Made by a program: the position numbers and the translations under genes. A stretch of 36,531 bases of DNA, taken from contig NW_014577064.1 in assembly GCF_000485595.1 (NCBI RefSeq), positions 52,403 through 88,933 of the forward strand, read 5' to 3'. Positions 13,733 through 23,996 of this stretch are shown piece after piece. The notes beneath the pieces are model-generated. The model was given only the letters and a program-made list of their open reading frames with translations, made no database searches and was not told the origin of the DNA. Every line of letters begins with the position of its first letter. Position 1 is the stretch's first letter. Source of the stretch: Priapulus caudatus (lineage: Eukaryota).

Positions 13733-13808
13733 CCTAGTTTAAAGTTGTCAACTTGACAATCAACAGCCTCCTGGCAGTAGTGTGGGTCCAAGTAGACCAG
13801 CTTGTGAC
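13733..13808 (-). CDS. ATG4: ATG4 exon 8, with catalytic Asp/His
   Basis: CAG acceptor and GTGAG donor. Translates (G)HKLVYLDPHYCQEAVDCQVDNFKL, the YLDPH catalytic motif. One base short of a phase-0 end, probably a sequence error. Confidence 0.9.
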
Positions 13809-14474
13809 CTGCGTAACATCACAGTCGACATTGTGAGACGTCGGTAGGTCATTCGCATGCATGCATAAAGAATATCGGTTATGCCAAAATAACGTACATC
13901 GTATATGAGTAAATATGTGTATGTATTTAATTTGAGTGACATCTCTAATTCCAAGAGGAGACGAGATGAGACGAGAGATGAAGTGAGAAGAGAAGAGCGA
14001 GGGGGAGGGAGAGGAGCTGGAAGGAACGCGAGGAAGAGAGAGAGAGAGGAGAGGATGAGAGGCCCGAGAGGAGGAGAGAGAGGTAGACGATGAGAGATGA
14101 CGATGAGAGGAAAGGGATGAGATAGGGGGTATAGGGTGATGAGGAATGACCGAAGAGTGACGCCAAGCATAGGGGGAGGGAGGAGGAGGTGGGAGAGAGA
14201 GGAGAGAGGATGAGGAGAGAGTGTTTTTAATTTCAAGTGACAGCTGAAAAAAAAGAGAAAAAGCATGTGAGACGCGGCAGAAAGGGACAAAGAGGAAATT
14301 GAGAAGAGATAATCGAAAGGGATTAGAGTAGGAAAGAGCACAGAAAAACTAGAGAGCGATGAACGGGAGAGCAGATGTTACGAAGGAAAAATCCGCACGA
14401 AAGGAACGACAGATGAGAAGAGTACGAGCAGAAGGCCTGCTGGGCCAAGATAGATGGAGTATACTATAGTACAC

Positions 14475-14580
14475 CCTGCCAGCCCGCGATCAACAGGCAA
14501 CAGAGGCTGTGTTCAGGTGTCTTTCGGCGCCCGCTCTAAACATCCGCCCCTATTGAGTAACGTAGCTCGCAAGGATAGTC
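14475..14580 (-). CDS. ATG4: ATG4 exon 7 remnant (GGRPKHSL.FIGWQ), error-rich; also at about 5724-5830
   Basis: Minus strand reads ...GGGCGCCGAAAG..CACAGCCTC..ATC..GGCTGGCAGG|GT, i.e. G-R-P-K/H-S-L/I-G-W-Q with indels. It lies where expected between exon 6 and the YLDPH exon. Boundaries approximate. Confidence 0.5.
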
Positions 14581-17049
14581 TCACCGATGGGACAATCGCC
14601 GCGTTGTCCTTAGCATGGTTCCGTTATTTGAATCGTAATTAAAGAGATCGTCCACTGCGGTAAACCTAGCCCATCTTCAATAGAAGGCGTACATGCGTCT
14701 TAGAATTGCTTATTAGATTTCATGTAGTCTCTTATTTTGCTCTCCTAGAATGTCTTGGCGCCATCAGTCTGCAGTCGTAAGGCGCAGCCCAGCTCCGCTC
14801 GTCTATTTAGTATTGGTGTTGTGCGCACACTATGTATTCGGGTGGTCACGGTAGAACTCTCGTGATACGGACTCCAGCGCCTACTATCTCGTACATGAAT
14901 TGTCTGCGGAGCGTGCGGCTACCAACGCAAGTTGCTCTGCTTAGACCTTTCTACATGCCGCGATTAAGGCATTCACTCTTATGTTTTCGCGGATGCCCTT
15001 CATAACTTCGCTCTCAGGTCGCGGGCTGTACCTCGGATCCTGCAGTCTACCTATAGCTCTCGACATATGTTCCTCTTTTTGTTTTCCCAAGGATACGCAC
15101 CATTTTGGTGTCCGCTTGAGCACTCTAAGCCTAAAGCGCCCTAACCTCATGCGCGCTGCCCTAAGCTGGTCCCACACCCTAACTCGGCTATACCCTAACC
15201 CTAATCCCTGACTTCGTACCCCTAAACCCTAAACGCTAACGCGCCGCGGCCGGTGACATGCGGTAACACCGGGGATACGACCCTTAGGCGTGCGGTTTAA
15301 GGGTATCGCGGATGGCAAATCGACCAATCAAGCGCTGGATGAGGTGGTTAGGATGGTCCTTTGTGTGATAGGTTGTCTGTATTACTGCTAGAATTGGTGT
15401 CGTTAGTCTTTGTGCTGATTAGAATAAGACTGCTTGTTTAACTCGTTTGCATTGTTAGTTTTCAGATAACACGTAGAAGGTCGGCTTTATTTTCTCGCGA
15501 ACGAGTCCGACAACCTGTAAAGGCGGCTCGTCCGAGGGTGCGCCGGTTATCTGGAGTCTCGCCTGTCGCCAGTAAATTTCCAAAGAAACCTATTTTTGTC
15601 GGTGAATCCAGTGTAATGTGAGGCTATTTCTCGTGTGCCGCTTGGCAAGAAGTTTTGTTCTAAGGGAGGATTTATGGAAGGATTTTTTGGTTGTTAATTA
15701 ACATATCTATAGTTGGTCAACTTGGCGACGATATTCATCGAGGTGGAGGAGTGGGGCTGGCATTTTATTATTTTGAGCAACATACCCTTTGTGTTGAGTT
15801 TTAATGTTGGGGAATTTTCCCGCTTCCTGTAGTCGTGTTGTTCTCGTCCTGCGTGCGGCGAGCTGATGTCGCGTCTGTCGAGAGTCACGGCCTTCCTTGT
15901 AGTGTGCTGTTCTCGTGCTGCCGGCGCCGCGCCGTAGAGGCCGCGAGGAGTCGTGCGAGCTACCGTCGCTCGTCCATCACGTGCTTCCTGTCAGGGTGTT
16001 TTCTCGTCTGCATTAAAGAGCTATGCGTCGGGCATCTGTCCATCGAGTTCTTCCTGTTAGGGTGTGTGTTCTCGTGCCGACGGACACTAAAGCTGTTAAA
16101 AGTCCGGTTCATTTGATGGAATGGTCGCTTCTGTCGAATCGCGTCTTCCATGTAGGGGTTTTCTCGTCTGCAGCTGTTAAGAGTCTCGCCTACGCTTGTG
16201 TTTGTATCCGTAGCTCATACCACATGTTGCAGTACGCTTCTGGCATTTGTTCGAGATCTGCCCGCTTCTCCTTGTTAGCGGGTGTGTTCTCGTCTGCAGT
16301 GGGAAGCTGAGCGATTTCGCTCTGCTCGATCACCCGCCTTCTGCAGGTGCTCGGTTTTCTCCGTCGTGCATGAAGAGCATTTTGGCGTTGCTCTGTCCAT
16401 CGAGTTCATATCTCTTGCGAATCATATTTCGTGCTGTAGAGATGTGTCTTCTCTCTGTTCGCAATGAGAGTCTTTCTGTATTCGCAGTAAATTCTGTGCG
16501 TTATGCACTCCTCGGCACTTCTCCATGTTGTACGCTCTTGTTTCTTATCTTAGTCTCTTTGCAACCCAAAGCATGTACCTGATTGTCTTGTATTATTGAT
16601 AGTGTTGCCTCATTTGTGTTTTTGCGCACATCTGCCCCTGCAAAGCCGTATCACGCCTTTCCTGTAGGCTGTTTTCTTCATCTAGGCTGTGTCGCGTGCG
16701 TGCACAGCTACGTCGCTCTTGTCTCGATCACGGCCTTCCTGTGGTGTTCTCTGTCTGTCGTGCGGAGCTACCATCGCTCTGGCCATTGCTAATTGTCGTA
16801 TCGTTCGTCTAATTTATACAATAGGTTACTATTTCACAACAATCGATCACGGCCTTCCTGTAGGTGATTTTCTCGTCTGCGTGCGTCAGCTACTCGCGCT
16901 CCTGCTCTGCTTCCATCGCCTCTTTTCTGCCCCATCCAGATGTATGCTTCGCCATAACCGGGGCGCTGGGGCAACTCGGCCCGGCCGCGGCTGCTGCAAG
17001 AACGCAGGCGGCCGCCGACCACGCGCACAAGGCTGGCGGCCCCCTTCGG

Positions 17050-18613
17050 CTGCAGACACAATTGGCGGCGCGTATCGGCCGCAGATAGTATATCTTGTGG
17101 TTTGGCGGCTGAAAGTCGCAAATAGAACAGATGATTATAACAGAACAAACAGGAAAAAAATGGGGGCCGGGCCACCCATGTGGTGCTGCTGATAAGCACT
17201 GCTGCGCACCGAACGCTGCTCGCGGCCGGCAGGAAGCGCTCCAGCCAGTGAGGGCGTATCCGAGGGTTACGAGGCGACGTCGCGGGAGGGGCCGGGCCGT
17301 GCGGAGTTGTGCGGAAGCACAGGCACCGGCATGCGGCGTGGGGCCGGAGGCGGACGTCGCCGCTGTGAGCGGCTGTCAAGAGCAGGATGCTCGTCGTGGA
17401 TGTGTATGTATCCAGTGCGCCGCGCCGTCGCTTTACCGAACCGGCAGCGGGAGTCGCGCCCGCCCCGCCATGCCAGTCGTACAGGCCGGCCCTTCCAAGA
17501 GCGCGCTCTGCGTGCCAAGCCCCCCCGCGCAACCCGACCAACAACGAGGCCCCGCCCCGAAAGGCGCCCCCCAAACAGCCAAGCGCCGCCCGCCGGCTGC
17601 CGCGGCGCCGAAATGATTGCGAGGCAAAAAAAAAAATCCGGTCCACTGAGTGCTCTTGTTTTGGGGCCACACGGGACGGCTTTCCTCTCGCTTGAGTTGC
17701 GACAGAATCGCGCGAATGAAGACGTGTGTGCGAAAATAATGCATTTAATTACCATATACCTCTAAGTGGCGGGTGAGGAGGGCGCAGTCAGCGAATCACG
17801 ACGTCGTCCTCGTCTGCGGCTCGATCAGCTTCACGGTTGGAATCATTATCCAAGGCGACGGTCAATGAAACCATTGAGCGCGAAAAAAATTCCCATAAAT
17901 GCCGGCGAGTGTGGAGCGCCGAGGTCTTGTTCGGACCAACCAACTCGCTTAGCTGGGCCGCCGACCGCTGTCGTTTTCTCTCACCACAATCAACTAACTC
18001 TCCCCCATCCTTCCGCGCCTGCAGATATAGTCCGCTGCACTCCACGTGACCAATTCATATTATTCGTGGTGTGCGCGCGCGCTGTTGCCGTGATGGGATA
18101 ACAAAAAACCATCTCCTTATAGATTTCTCGCGTCTCCGTGCATGCTAACAAGAACTTTTGCCAGCGACGCGAGCGAAGGAGTACTACAGAAGCTCTCAGT
18201 TGGCACGTCGTCGTCGGCGTAGAAATAGGTTAGCGATGTCGCAAGCATCCTAGCGCAGACTACATCTGTGCAAGGGAATGCAAGGGCGAGAGGAGCCGCC
18301 CTGCAGCGCTATCCGCTACAAACTGGCGGCAATGCGGGCCCCCCCCCCCCCCCTTCGCAGTCGTATTCAGCGCTAGCACGGCCCGGCAAAAAGTGAGAGC
18401 CGAGCATCGCTCAGATGATCGGACGGTTGTTTCCTTGTGTGTCGCGCTCTTTTGATATGGAGTTGGCTACGATTTATCCTCTGTCCGATAAAATCGCAAC
18501 TGTACTGCACGGTCACCTCGGTTGGCGCTCATACACAGATGGTCTGTCTCCCGGCTTCTGCTCTTACTGCTTTTGAGGCAGGGAGCAGGTAGATGACAAT
18601 CCTGCGATGTACA
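17050..18613 (-). pseudogene. ATG4: Frameshifted, insertion-rich copy of ATG4 exon 6 (probably raw long-read sequence)
   Basis: Recognisable blocks of 18788-19334 occur in the same order (e.g. cacgacgtcgtcctcgtc, tgtccgataaaatcgc, tgtacactgcaaga), interrupted by many insertions. Left boundary approximate. Confidence 0.7.
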
Positions 18614-18762
18614 CTGCAAGAACACACAGGGATTGCGGTCACACACCGAGCTACACGTTTACACACGAGCGCGACGCGGCGCGTTCACACACACAGGAAC
18701 TACAGCTAACACGCCAGTAGCTGATTAATGCCGTAGAAATGTCAAAATGATCGAATGACATC

Positions 18763-18787
18763 NNNNNNNNNNNNNNNNNNNNNNNNN
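18763..18787. other. Assembly gap (25 N)
   Basis: Run of exactly 25 N. The sequences on either side overlap each other (negative gap). Confidence 0.99.
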
Positions 18788-19334
18788 CCACCCAACCCGT
18801 CCAACGTCCCGCTGGGCACCGGGACGCTTCCCTGGTGAAGAATCGCGGAGCGTGGCGGCGAGGAGGAGCAGTCGGCGATCACGACGTCGTCCTCGTCCTC
18901 GCTCGACAGCGCGCTGAACAGGTGGCGCCGTCTGTCGACGACCAACTCGCTAGCGCCCGCCGAACCGCTCTCGTGCGCGCCGCGTTGCCGCGGCGACGTC
19001 GCGACGAGCGAAGGCACGTACTCAAAGCTCTCGTGCGCGTCGTCGTCCGTAGCGATACTCGCAGCATCCAGCAGCAGACTAACATCGAGGGATGCGGGCG
19101 GAGTGAGCGGCGGCGCCTCAGCGGCAATGCGCCCGTCGTCGTGGCGACGGCCGGCGAGGCTGAGCATCCTCAGATGATCGACGTCCTGCGTCGCGCTATG
19201 GCGATTTACCGACGACTGTCCGATAAAATCGCTGTACTGCATGTCACCAGGAGGCGCCATATCACAGATTGGGTCCGTCTTCGGTTCTGCCTTCTTCTTT
19301 TGCGAGCAGAGGTTGATGACATCCTGCGTGTACA
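18788..19334 (-). CDS. ATG4: ATG4 coding exon 6, truncated by the assembly gap
   Basis: TCTTGCAG acceptor; the phase completes DCT|VYTQDVINLC. The frame stays open for about 182 codons up to the N run. Confidence 0.85.
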
Positions 19335-19721
19335 CTGCAAGACACACAGGATTGCGTCACACACAGCCACACGTTACACACAGGCGCGCGTTCACACACA
19401 CAAGAGTACAGCTAACAGCCAGTAGCTGATAATAGCCGTAGAAATGTCAAAATGATGAATCGAATGGTCGAAATGACTACAGCTGCAGCTCAAGTGCATC
19501 AATAGCTGCTTCCACGATCATCTTCATGTGCCAATAGACGTTACAACTATAGACCTGTTCAATGATACTAAGGGCTCATAAAATTGTGATAATACCACAA
19601 CAGATGGCGCCAAAAACAAGACGTCACATGTGTGACAAACAAGACGTTCTCAGTGTGGACATTCATAACTTATATTTCGACCTGCTTCTGTTGTTCCAGT
19701 AAGCTTACAGAATTCTAGTAC

Positions 19722-19798
19722 CTGTGCAGTCACGTGCCACGTAAATGCAGATGTCGTCGAAAGCCTGGCTCGACCTGCTTGCCTCTTCCATCGCCTCT
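19722..19798 (-). CDS. ATG4: ATG4 coding exon 5
   Basis: 77 nt, phase 2-1, AG/GT bounded. Translates EAMEEASRSSQAFDDICIYVARDCT, matching the ATG4C/D YVA.DCTVY motif. Confidence 0.92.
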
Positions 19799-20295
19799 CT
19801 GCATAGAAAAATTAAACTGTCTATGAAGGACTACTGACCACACATGCCGTGAATCTGTCTCCACATTTACACGTTGTCAATAATAGCATATCACCGCACT
19901 GACAATGTTATAATCGTGTCCCTATGATCTCTGCCAGCCACTCTCGTGTAATAGTATGTGAGAGCACATGCCCTTTCTTGCTCAGCCTGATTGCAAACCA
20001 TGTGCATCGTATGACTTAGACTACATCTACTATATCTTATACTTATACTACTTCAAATGAGCGCGATCAAAGATGAATCTTTTAGTGTTTAATTAACTTG
20101 CAATTAGCTTGCATGTAGTATACCACCAGTGGTATTGCCAGCTGCTGCATACTATAGTTATATATATATATATATATAGATTGTATATTATAGATATTCA
20201 TTATCCGCGTGTAAATGTGACATTCAATCGATCGCCCAAAATCCATCACACGTCGACGTCAGCGCGCCACGCGAACGAGCGAGGGCGCCACCTAC

Positions 20296-20485
20296 TTGAG
20301 CAAGTGCGCAACGGACGCCGGCCCGTACCAGTCGCCGGGTTTCTTGCCAAGCCTCGCTCCGATGCTAACGAGGGCGTGGAGCGAGAAGGGGCTGCGTTGC
20401 GCGTCCGGGGCATCGGCCATCCAGCCAATGATGCGCCGCCGCAGCGATATCGCCGACGCCGTCTGCTCCGCGTACAGGTTCCAGT
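20296..20485 (-). CDS. ATG4: ATG4 coding exon 4
   Basis: TTTGCAG acceptor and GTAGG donor; 190 nt, phase 1-2. Translates DWNLY...[33 protein letters not shown], with the conserved PFSLH and GKK.GDWYGP motifs. Confidence 0.95.
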
Positions 20486-20494
20486 CTGCAAACA

Positions 20495-20817
20495 GGGTCA
20501 CGGCGAGGTCATGGCGAGGTCACACGCACGGGTCATGGCAAGGTCACGCGCACGGGTCATGGCAAGGTCACGCGCACGGGTTACGGCAAGTCATGCGCAC
20601 GAGTCACGGCGAGTCATGTGCATGGGTCACAGCGAGGTCACGGCGAGGTCAAGCACACGGGTCACAGCGAGGTCACACGCACGGGTCATGGCAAGGTCAC
20701 GCGCACGGGTTACGGCAAGTCATGCGCACGAGTCACGGCGAGTCATGTGCATGGGTCACAGCGAGGTCATGGCGAGGTCAAGCGCATGGGTCACGGCGAG
20801 GTCACGCGCATTGGTCA
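20495..20817 (+). repeat. Minisatellite of 11/13-bp subunits with a 129-bp higher-order repeat
   Basis: RGGTCA alternates with 5- or 7-nt spacers. The block starting ttacggcaag occurs at 20581 and 20710. Confidence 0.92.
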
Positions 20818-21064
20818 AACCAAAATAAGTTGATTAACAACACCATAACCAATTTGAATTTATGGCATGAGCAATGTTATTATTAAACCACACGCACGCA
20901 CGCACACACACACGCGCAGTTGCTATACGAATGCACATTTATTTAGTAGGATATGTAACAGTGACCTCGTGTAAGTTATTATAGTTATGTGGTTACGTGT
21001 AGTTATTTAATAATATTGTGCACACTGCTTATAGTAGCGCTGTCCACGCATAACCACTCCCCCT

Positions 21065-21273
21065 CAAAGAGCTAAATATAACAAGGAGAGGAAGCGCATT
21101 GGCTGTGTGCTGTTCGCCTCAAGGGTGCCATCTATGGACCATAATCAGGTGAAACGCCTGTGCAGACCGAACGCAGAGACAATAGAACACTAATCTGTTC
21201 TAGGGTCTCTGCCAAACCCAAATTTGGGCCAGATATGGCGGCGCTTCCTCTCCTTGTTATATTTAGCTCCTTG
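21065..21273. mobile_element. MITE with 33-bp TIRs, CA...TG ends and a possible 2-bp TSD (CMC/EnSpm-like), in ATG4 intron 3
   Basis: caaagagctaaatataacaaggagaggaagcgc pairs with gcgcttcctctccttgttatatttagctccttg (1 mismatch). CT flanks both ends. Confidence 0.75.
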
Positions 21274-21321
21274 CTCGCCCTCACTCGCCGACCCGGACGA
21301 CCTTCCAGCAGGAAGACTCAC

Positions 21322-21546
21322 CCCTGCTGAGGAAGTGGACAAGGAGGCCCTGTGCTAGCATCATCTGTCCCGACCGCATCATGCAACCCCATCCGCAGTC
21401 CGACGTCAGGCTGGAGCTGGGCAGCACGGGGAAGTCGCGCCGGTACGTGAACCACAGACGCGAGGAAAAGTCCTGCTGGAAGCGCTGCAGCGGTGTCGCC
21501 ACCTTGCGCCGAGGCGACGACCGCTCGCCGCCAGGTTTTCTCGATC
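21322..21546 (-). CDS. ATG4: ATG4 coding exon 3, with catalytic Cys
   Basis: 225 nt, AG/GT bounded. Translates ...[53 protein letters not shown], the peptidase C54 signature SD.GWGCM.R.GQM. Cys codon at 21383-21385. Confidence 0.97.
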
Positions 21547-21791
21547 CTGTTGCACAACAGGTAGCGTAGTAAATCGACGAGAGAAAATTCGCCTCATTCT
21601 GCGTTGTACGCGATTGCGAATAAACGGGGAGATTATCGCTGATGCTGGAACGTGACGTGATCCTTGGCGCTCGTAAGCATACAGGACATTCAACCTCAAG
21701 ATCGTGGTTCGGGTCCCATATAATTTCTGCTTTCTAACACATAATAACTACTTTTCTACTACATTGTAGTCGTCTAGCTTAATTACCTTAC

Positions 21792-21887
21792 CTGTTGCCT
21801 TGGCATGATGATCATGGTAGGACTTTCCCAACAGCCAGATTGGCAGATCCGTGTCAAATGTTGTCTTACCAACATTGGCGGACCAAC
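21792..21887 (-). CDS. ATG4: ATG4 coding exon 2
   Basis: CAG acceptor and GTAAG donor; 96 nt, phase 1-1. Translates (G)WSANVGKTTFDTDLPIWLLGKSYHDHHAKAT, containing the ATG4 'IWLLG..Y' motif. Confidence 0.9.
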
Positions 21888-22201
21888 CTGACATTGAGTT
21901 AACTTGATTAAGCTCTGTATGCAAACCTCATTGATAATTTACAGCCACCGACTTCAGCAATTATTATTGAAAATTTGCAATAGCAAACATTTATTTAGCT
22001 ATGTAGTGTGGACAAGTTAAGAAAATATATATAAACACGTAATACTGTTAGAGATTAACAATTCTATGTTTGCTTCCGTATTTTCGAGATGAGCCTGATG
22101 TTTGGAGTGCTAAAACCACTTGTGTATATTTACCACAGCTTTAGCACTTTATTCATAAGGTTTATCACCCTCCGACTCTCATTCCTTCACCCGAATCTCA
22201 C

Positions 22202-22538
22202 CATATTTCACGTTGTTCCACACCGAGAGAAACTTGCTGCGCATCTTTTCCGCTTGCTCGTCCCATATCTCCGACTCGTTGCGGGGGGGTGCCGGCGACG
22301 CACGAACGTTGTGCGCTGACAATTCAGGAAGACTGTGAGTATTCCTCTTGGGACCGGAAGCAGCCAAGTACATCACATCTTCCGGAAATGAAACAGATGT
22401 CACATGCTGATCGTCATCAACGCCATCATCTCCCGCTTGTCGGATGACGTCAGCGTTTTCACGATTGCTGGAGCCAGGTGCCGATGTCTGTCTTCCGAAA
22501 TTCGACAGATACGATGTGAATTTGGAATTTGACAACAT
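22202..22538 (-). CDS. ATG4: ATG4C/D-like cysteine protease, first coding exon
   Basis: Translates MLSNSKF...EKMRSKFLSVWNNVKYG, matching the ATG4C/D N-terminal motif K.KFL..WNNVKYG. In-frame stops lie upstream of the ATG at 22538. Donor G|GTGAG at 22201, phase 1. Confidence 0.85.
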
Positions 22539-22604
22539 CGCCTTTCGGTGACTGCGGCACTTGTGAGTTTCATACTAATGCGAACGACAAGTTCAGGTAG
22601 ACAT
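22400..22604 (-). promoter_or_regulatory. Two upstream ORFs in the predicted ATG4 5' leader
   Basis: uORF1 at 22593-22604 (ATG TCT ACC TGA). uORF2 at 22400-22573 (57 codons) overlaps the main ORF out of frame. Both lie downstream of a predicted acceptor TTCTGATTGCAG at 22647. Confidence 0.5.
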
Positions 22605-23242
22605 AGCGACAAGTGTGAAGTTCACTGCCAACTCTAGTGTGAAGTTCTGCAATCAGAATAACAAGAGAGTTGGTGGTTATTTACAAATTCATATTAGCTT
22701 CACACACCTCCACAATTCTCGCGTTCGCTAACCTTGCCCAGTAAATGTAAATGGCTGCAAGTACAGGGCTATATAGACTGGTACTCGCTCCCACCCCGAT
22801 TACCCATCGAGTAACTAAGCTAAGCCGAGAGGTGGGAGCGAGTGCCAGTCTATGGGCTATAGGCGGCGCGCAGGCGGGGCACTGCTTTCCAACTCCCATA
22901 CGAGCCTCGCCATTGGAACGTTGCAAAAACGTTGCAGCGCAAGAATGAGGTCACGAAGAGCGCCGGTAGGTGTTTCCTGATTCTGACAGCCAATTACATT
23001 TACTGGGCAACGTTAGCGAACGCGAGAATTTCATCACTCTGTGTGATTTCGCGTGACACAGCTCGGTTACGAACACGGACAGTATGTTTTTATAACAAGT
23101 GAACACTGTTCTTGAAAGAGAAACAAAGATGGAAGCTGTTGGATGTGTATTCGTGCTGTGAAAGTGTGAAATCAAGCGAGCGTCGAGCAAATTTTGCGAT
23201 CACGCTTTCCTACCTGCTATATATATAAGTGTAAGCATGCAA

Positions 23243-23426
23243 CAGTGCAGCCGCGAGAGCAATGGCCGCCGGCAGCGTATGTTAGACGTAGGATTTGGAC
23301 GGAATTTACAGGAAACTGTCGGCAATAATAGGTGAAAGAGAGTATAGAAACATTAAGAATTTGGTAGTAGATAGATTTCGTATCTAGTTAGCATTATATT
23401 TTATTGAAACGCTTCAAGTGCCTGTG
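23243..23426. mobile_element. Solo arm of the same family as 27529-27979
   Basis: Shares tttacaggaaa..gtcggcaataataggtgaaagagagta...tagcattatattttattgaaacgct with 27853-27980. Confidence 0.85.
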
Positions 23427-23477
23427 ACCTGAGGCTTAGCCTAGGCCTAAGGTGCCTAAAGTGGATTTGCACCGTAG

Positions 23478-23634
23478 GTACTAGTACTAGTACTACAACA
23501 ACTACAACTACTACAACTACTGAAGTAGTGCAGTAGACTGAGTAGTACTGGTACTAGTACTAGTAGTACTAGTAGTACTTACTAGTAGTATTAGTAGTAC
23601 TAGTACTAGTAGTAGTAGTAGTAGTACTAGTAGT
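23478..23634. repeat. (AGT/ACT)-based, self-complementary simple repeat
   Basis: Runs of tagtac, tagtag and ctacaa. Confidence 0.85.
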
Positions 23635-23727
23635 TAAAAATCGGACATACCACAGGCACAGACTCACTGTGACTGTCACAGACACTGAGACAGGCCGTGG
23701 CCAGTGACAGTCAGTGAGGCTGAGAGG

Positions 23728-23950
23728 GTCTATGTCCCCCGGGGTACTGCCGGAGCGTACCCTGGCCCTGGGTACGGTCCGGTATACCGGAACGTACCCT
23801 GGTACTATCTAATATGCCGGACCGTACCTCGCCTACTCAACTAACGAGTCTAGGGAGTCGCCTACGCCTACTCCCTAACCCTAATCCTAACCCTAACCAT
23901 ATCAAATAGTGACCAGGGTACGTTCCGGCAGTACCCTGGGGGACATAGAC
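23728..23950. mobile_element. Small non-autonomous element with ~38-bp inverted repeats and a (CCCTAA)n core
   Basis: gtctatgtcccccggggtactgccggagcgtacccctgg pairs with ccagggtacgttccggcagtaccctgggggacatagac. Internal ccctaaccctaatcctaaccctaacc. No clear TSD. Confidence 0.7.
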
Positions 23951-23996
23951 GGCTATGATAGTATGAGTATGAGCGTCAGTGAGTCACAGTGTCAGT

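Larger units (their letters stand above)
11350..13936 (+). repeat. Indel-divergent duplicate of 1-969 joined to 3642-5185
   Basis: Collinear similarity with many single-base indels; contains second copies of ATG4 exons 8-10. Confidence 0.9.
13937..18762 (+). repeat. Copy 2 of the 4.8-kb direct duplication
   Basis: Matches 5186-10011 and ends exactly at the N gap. Confidence 0.95.

Noticed and set aside
669..18762. Genuine tandem ATG4 paralogues or pseudogenes
   Set aside because: Indel-dominated differences, an identical error-laden block and 25-N gaps fit assembly artefact better. Not fully excluded without reads.
18835..19425. 196-aa plus-strand ORF
   Set aside because: Antisense shadow of the GC-rich ATG4 exon 6; no independent support.
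20109..20886. Repetitive plus-strand ORFs (239 and 196 aa)
   Set aside because: Produced by the antisense of ATG4 exon 4 plus a stop-poor minisatellite.
22240..22430. Conserved caspase-3 site like the DEVD of human ATG4D
   Set aside because: The equivalent position reads WDEQAEK. An upstream DGVD exists but lies in an Asp-rich stretch where DxxD is expected by chance.
23874..23898. Telomere or chromosome-fusion site
   Set aside because: Only about four degenerate CCCTAA units, enclosed by an element's inverted repeats.
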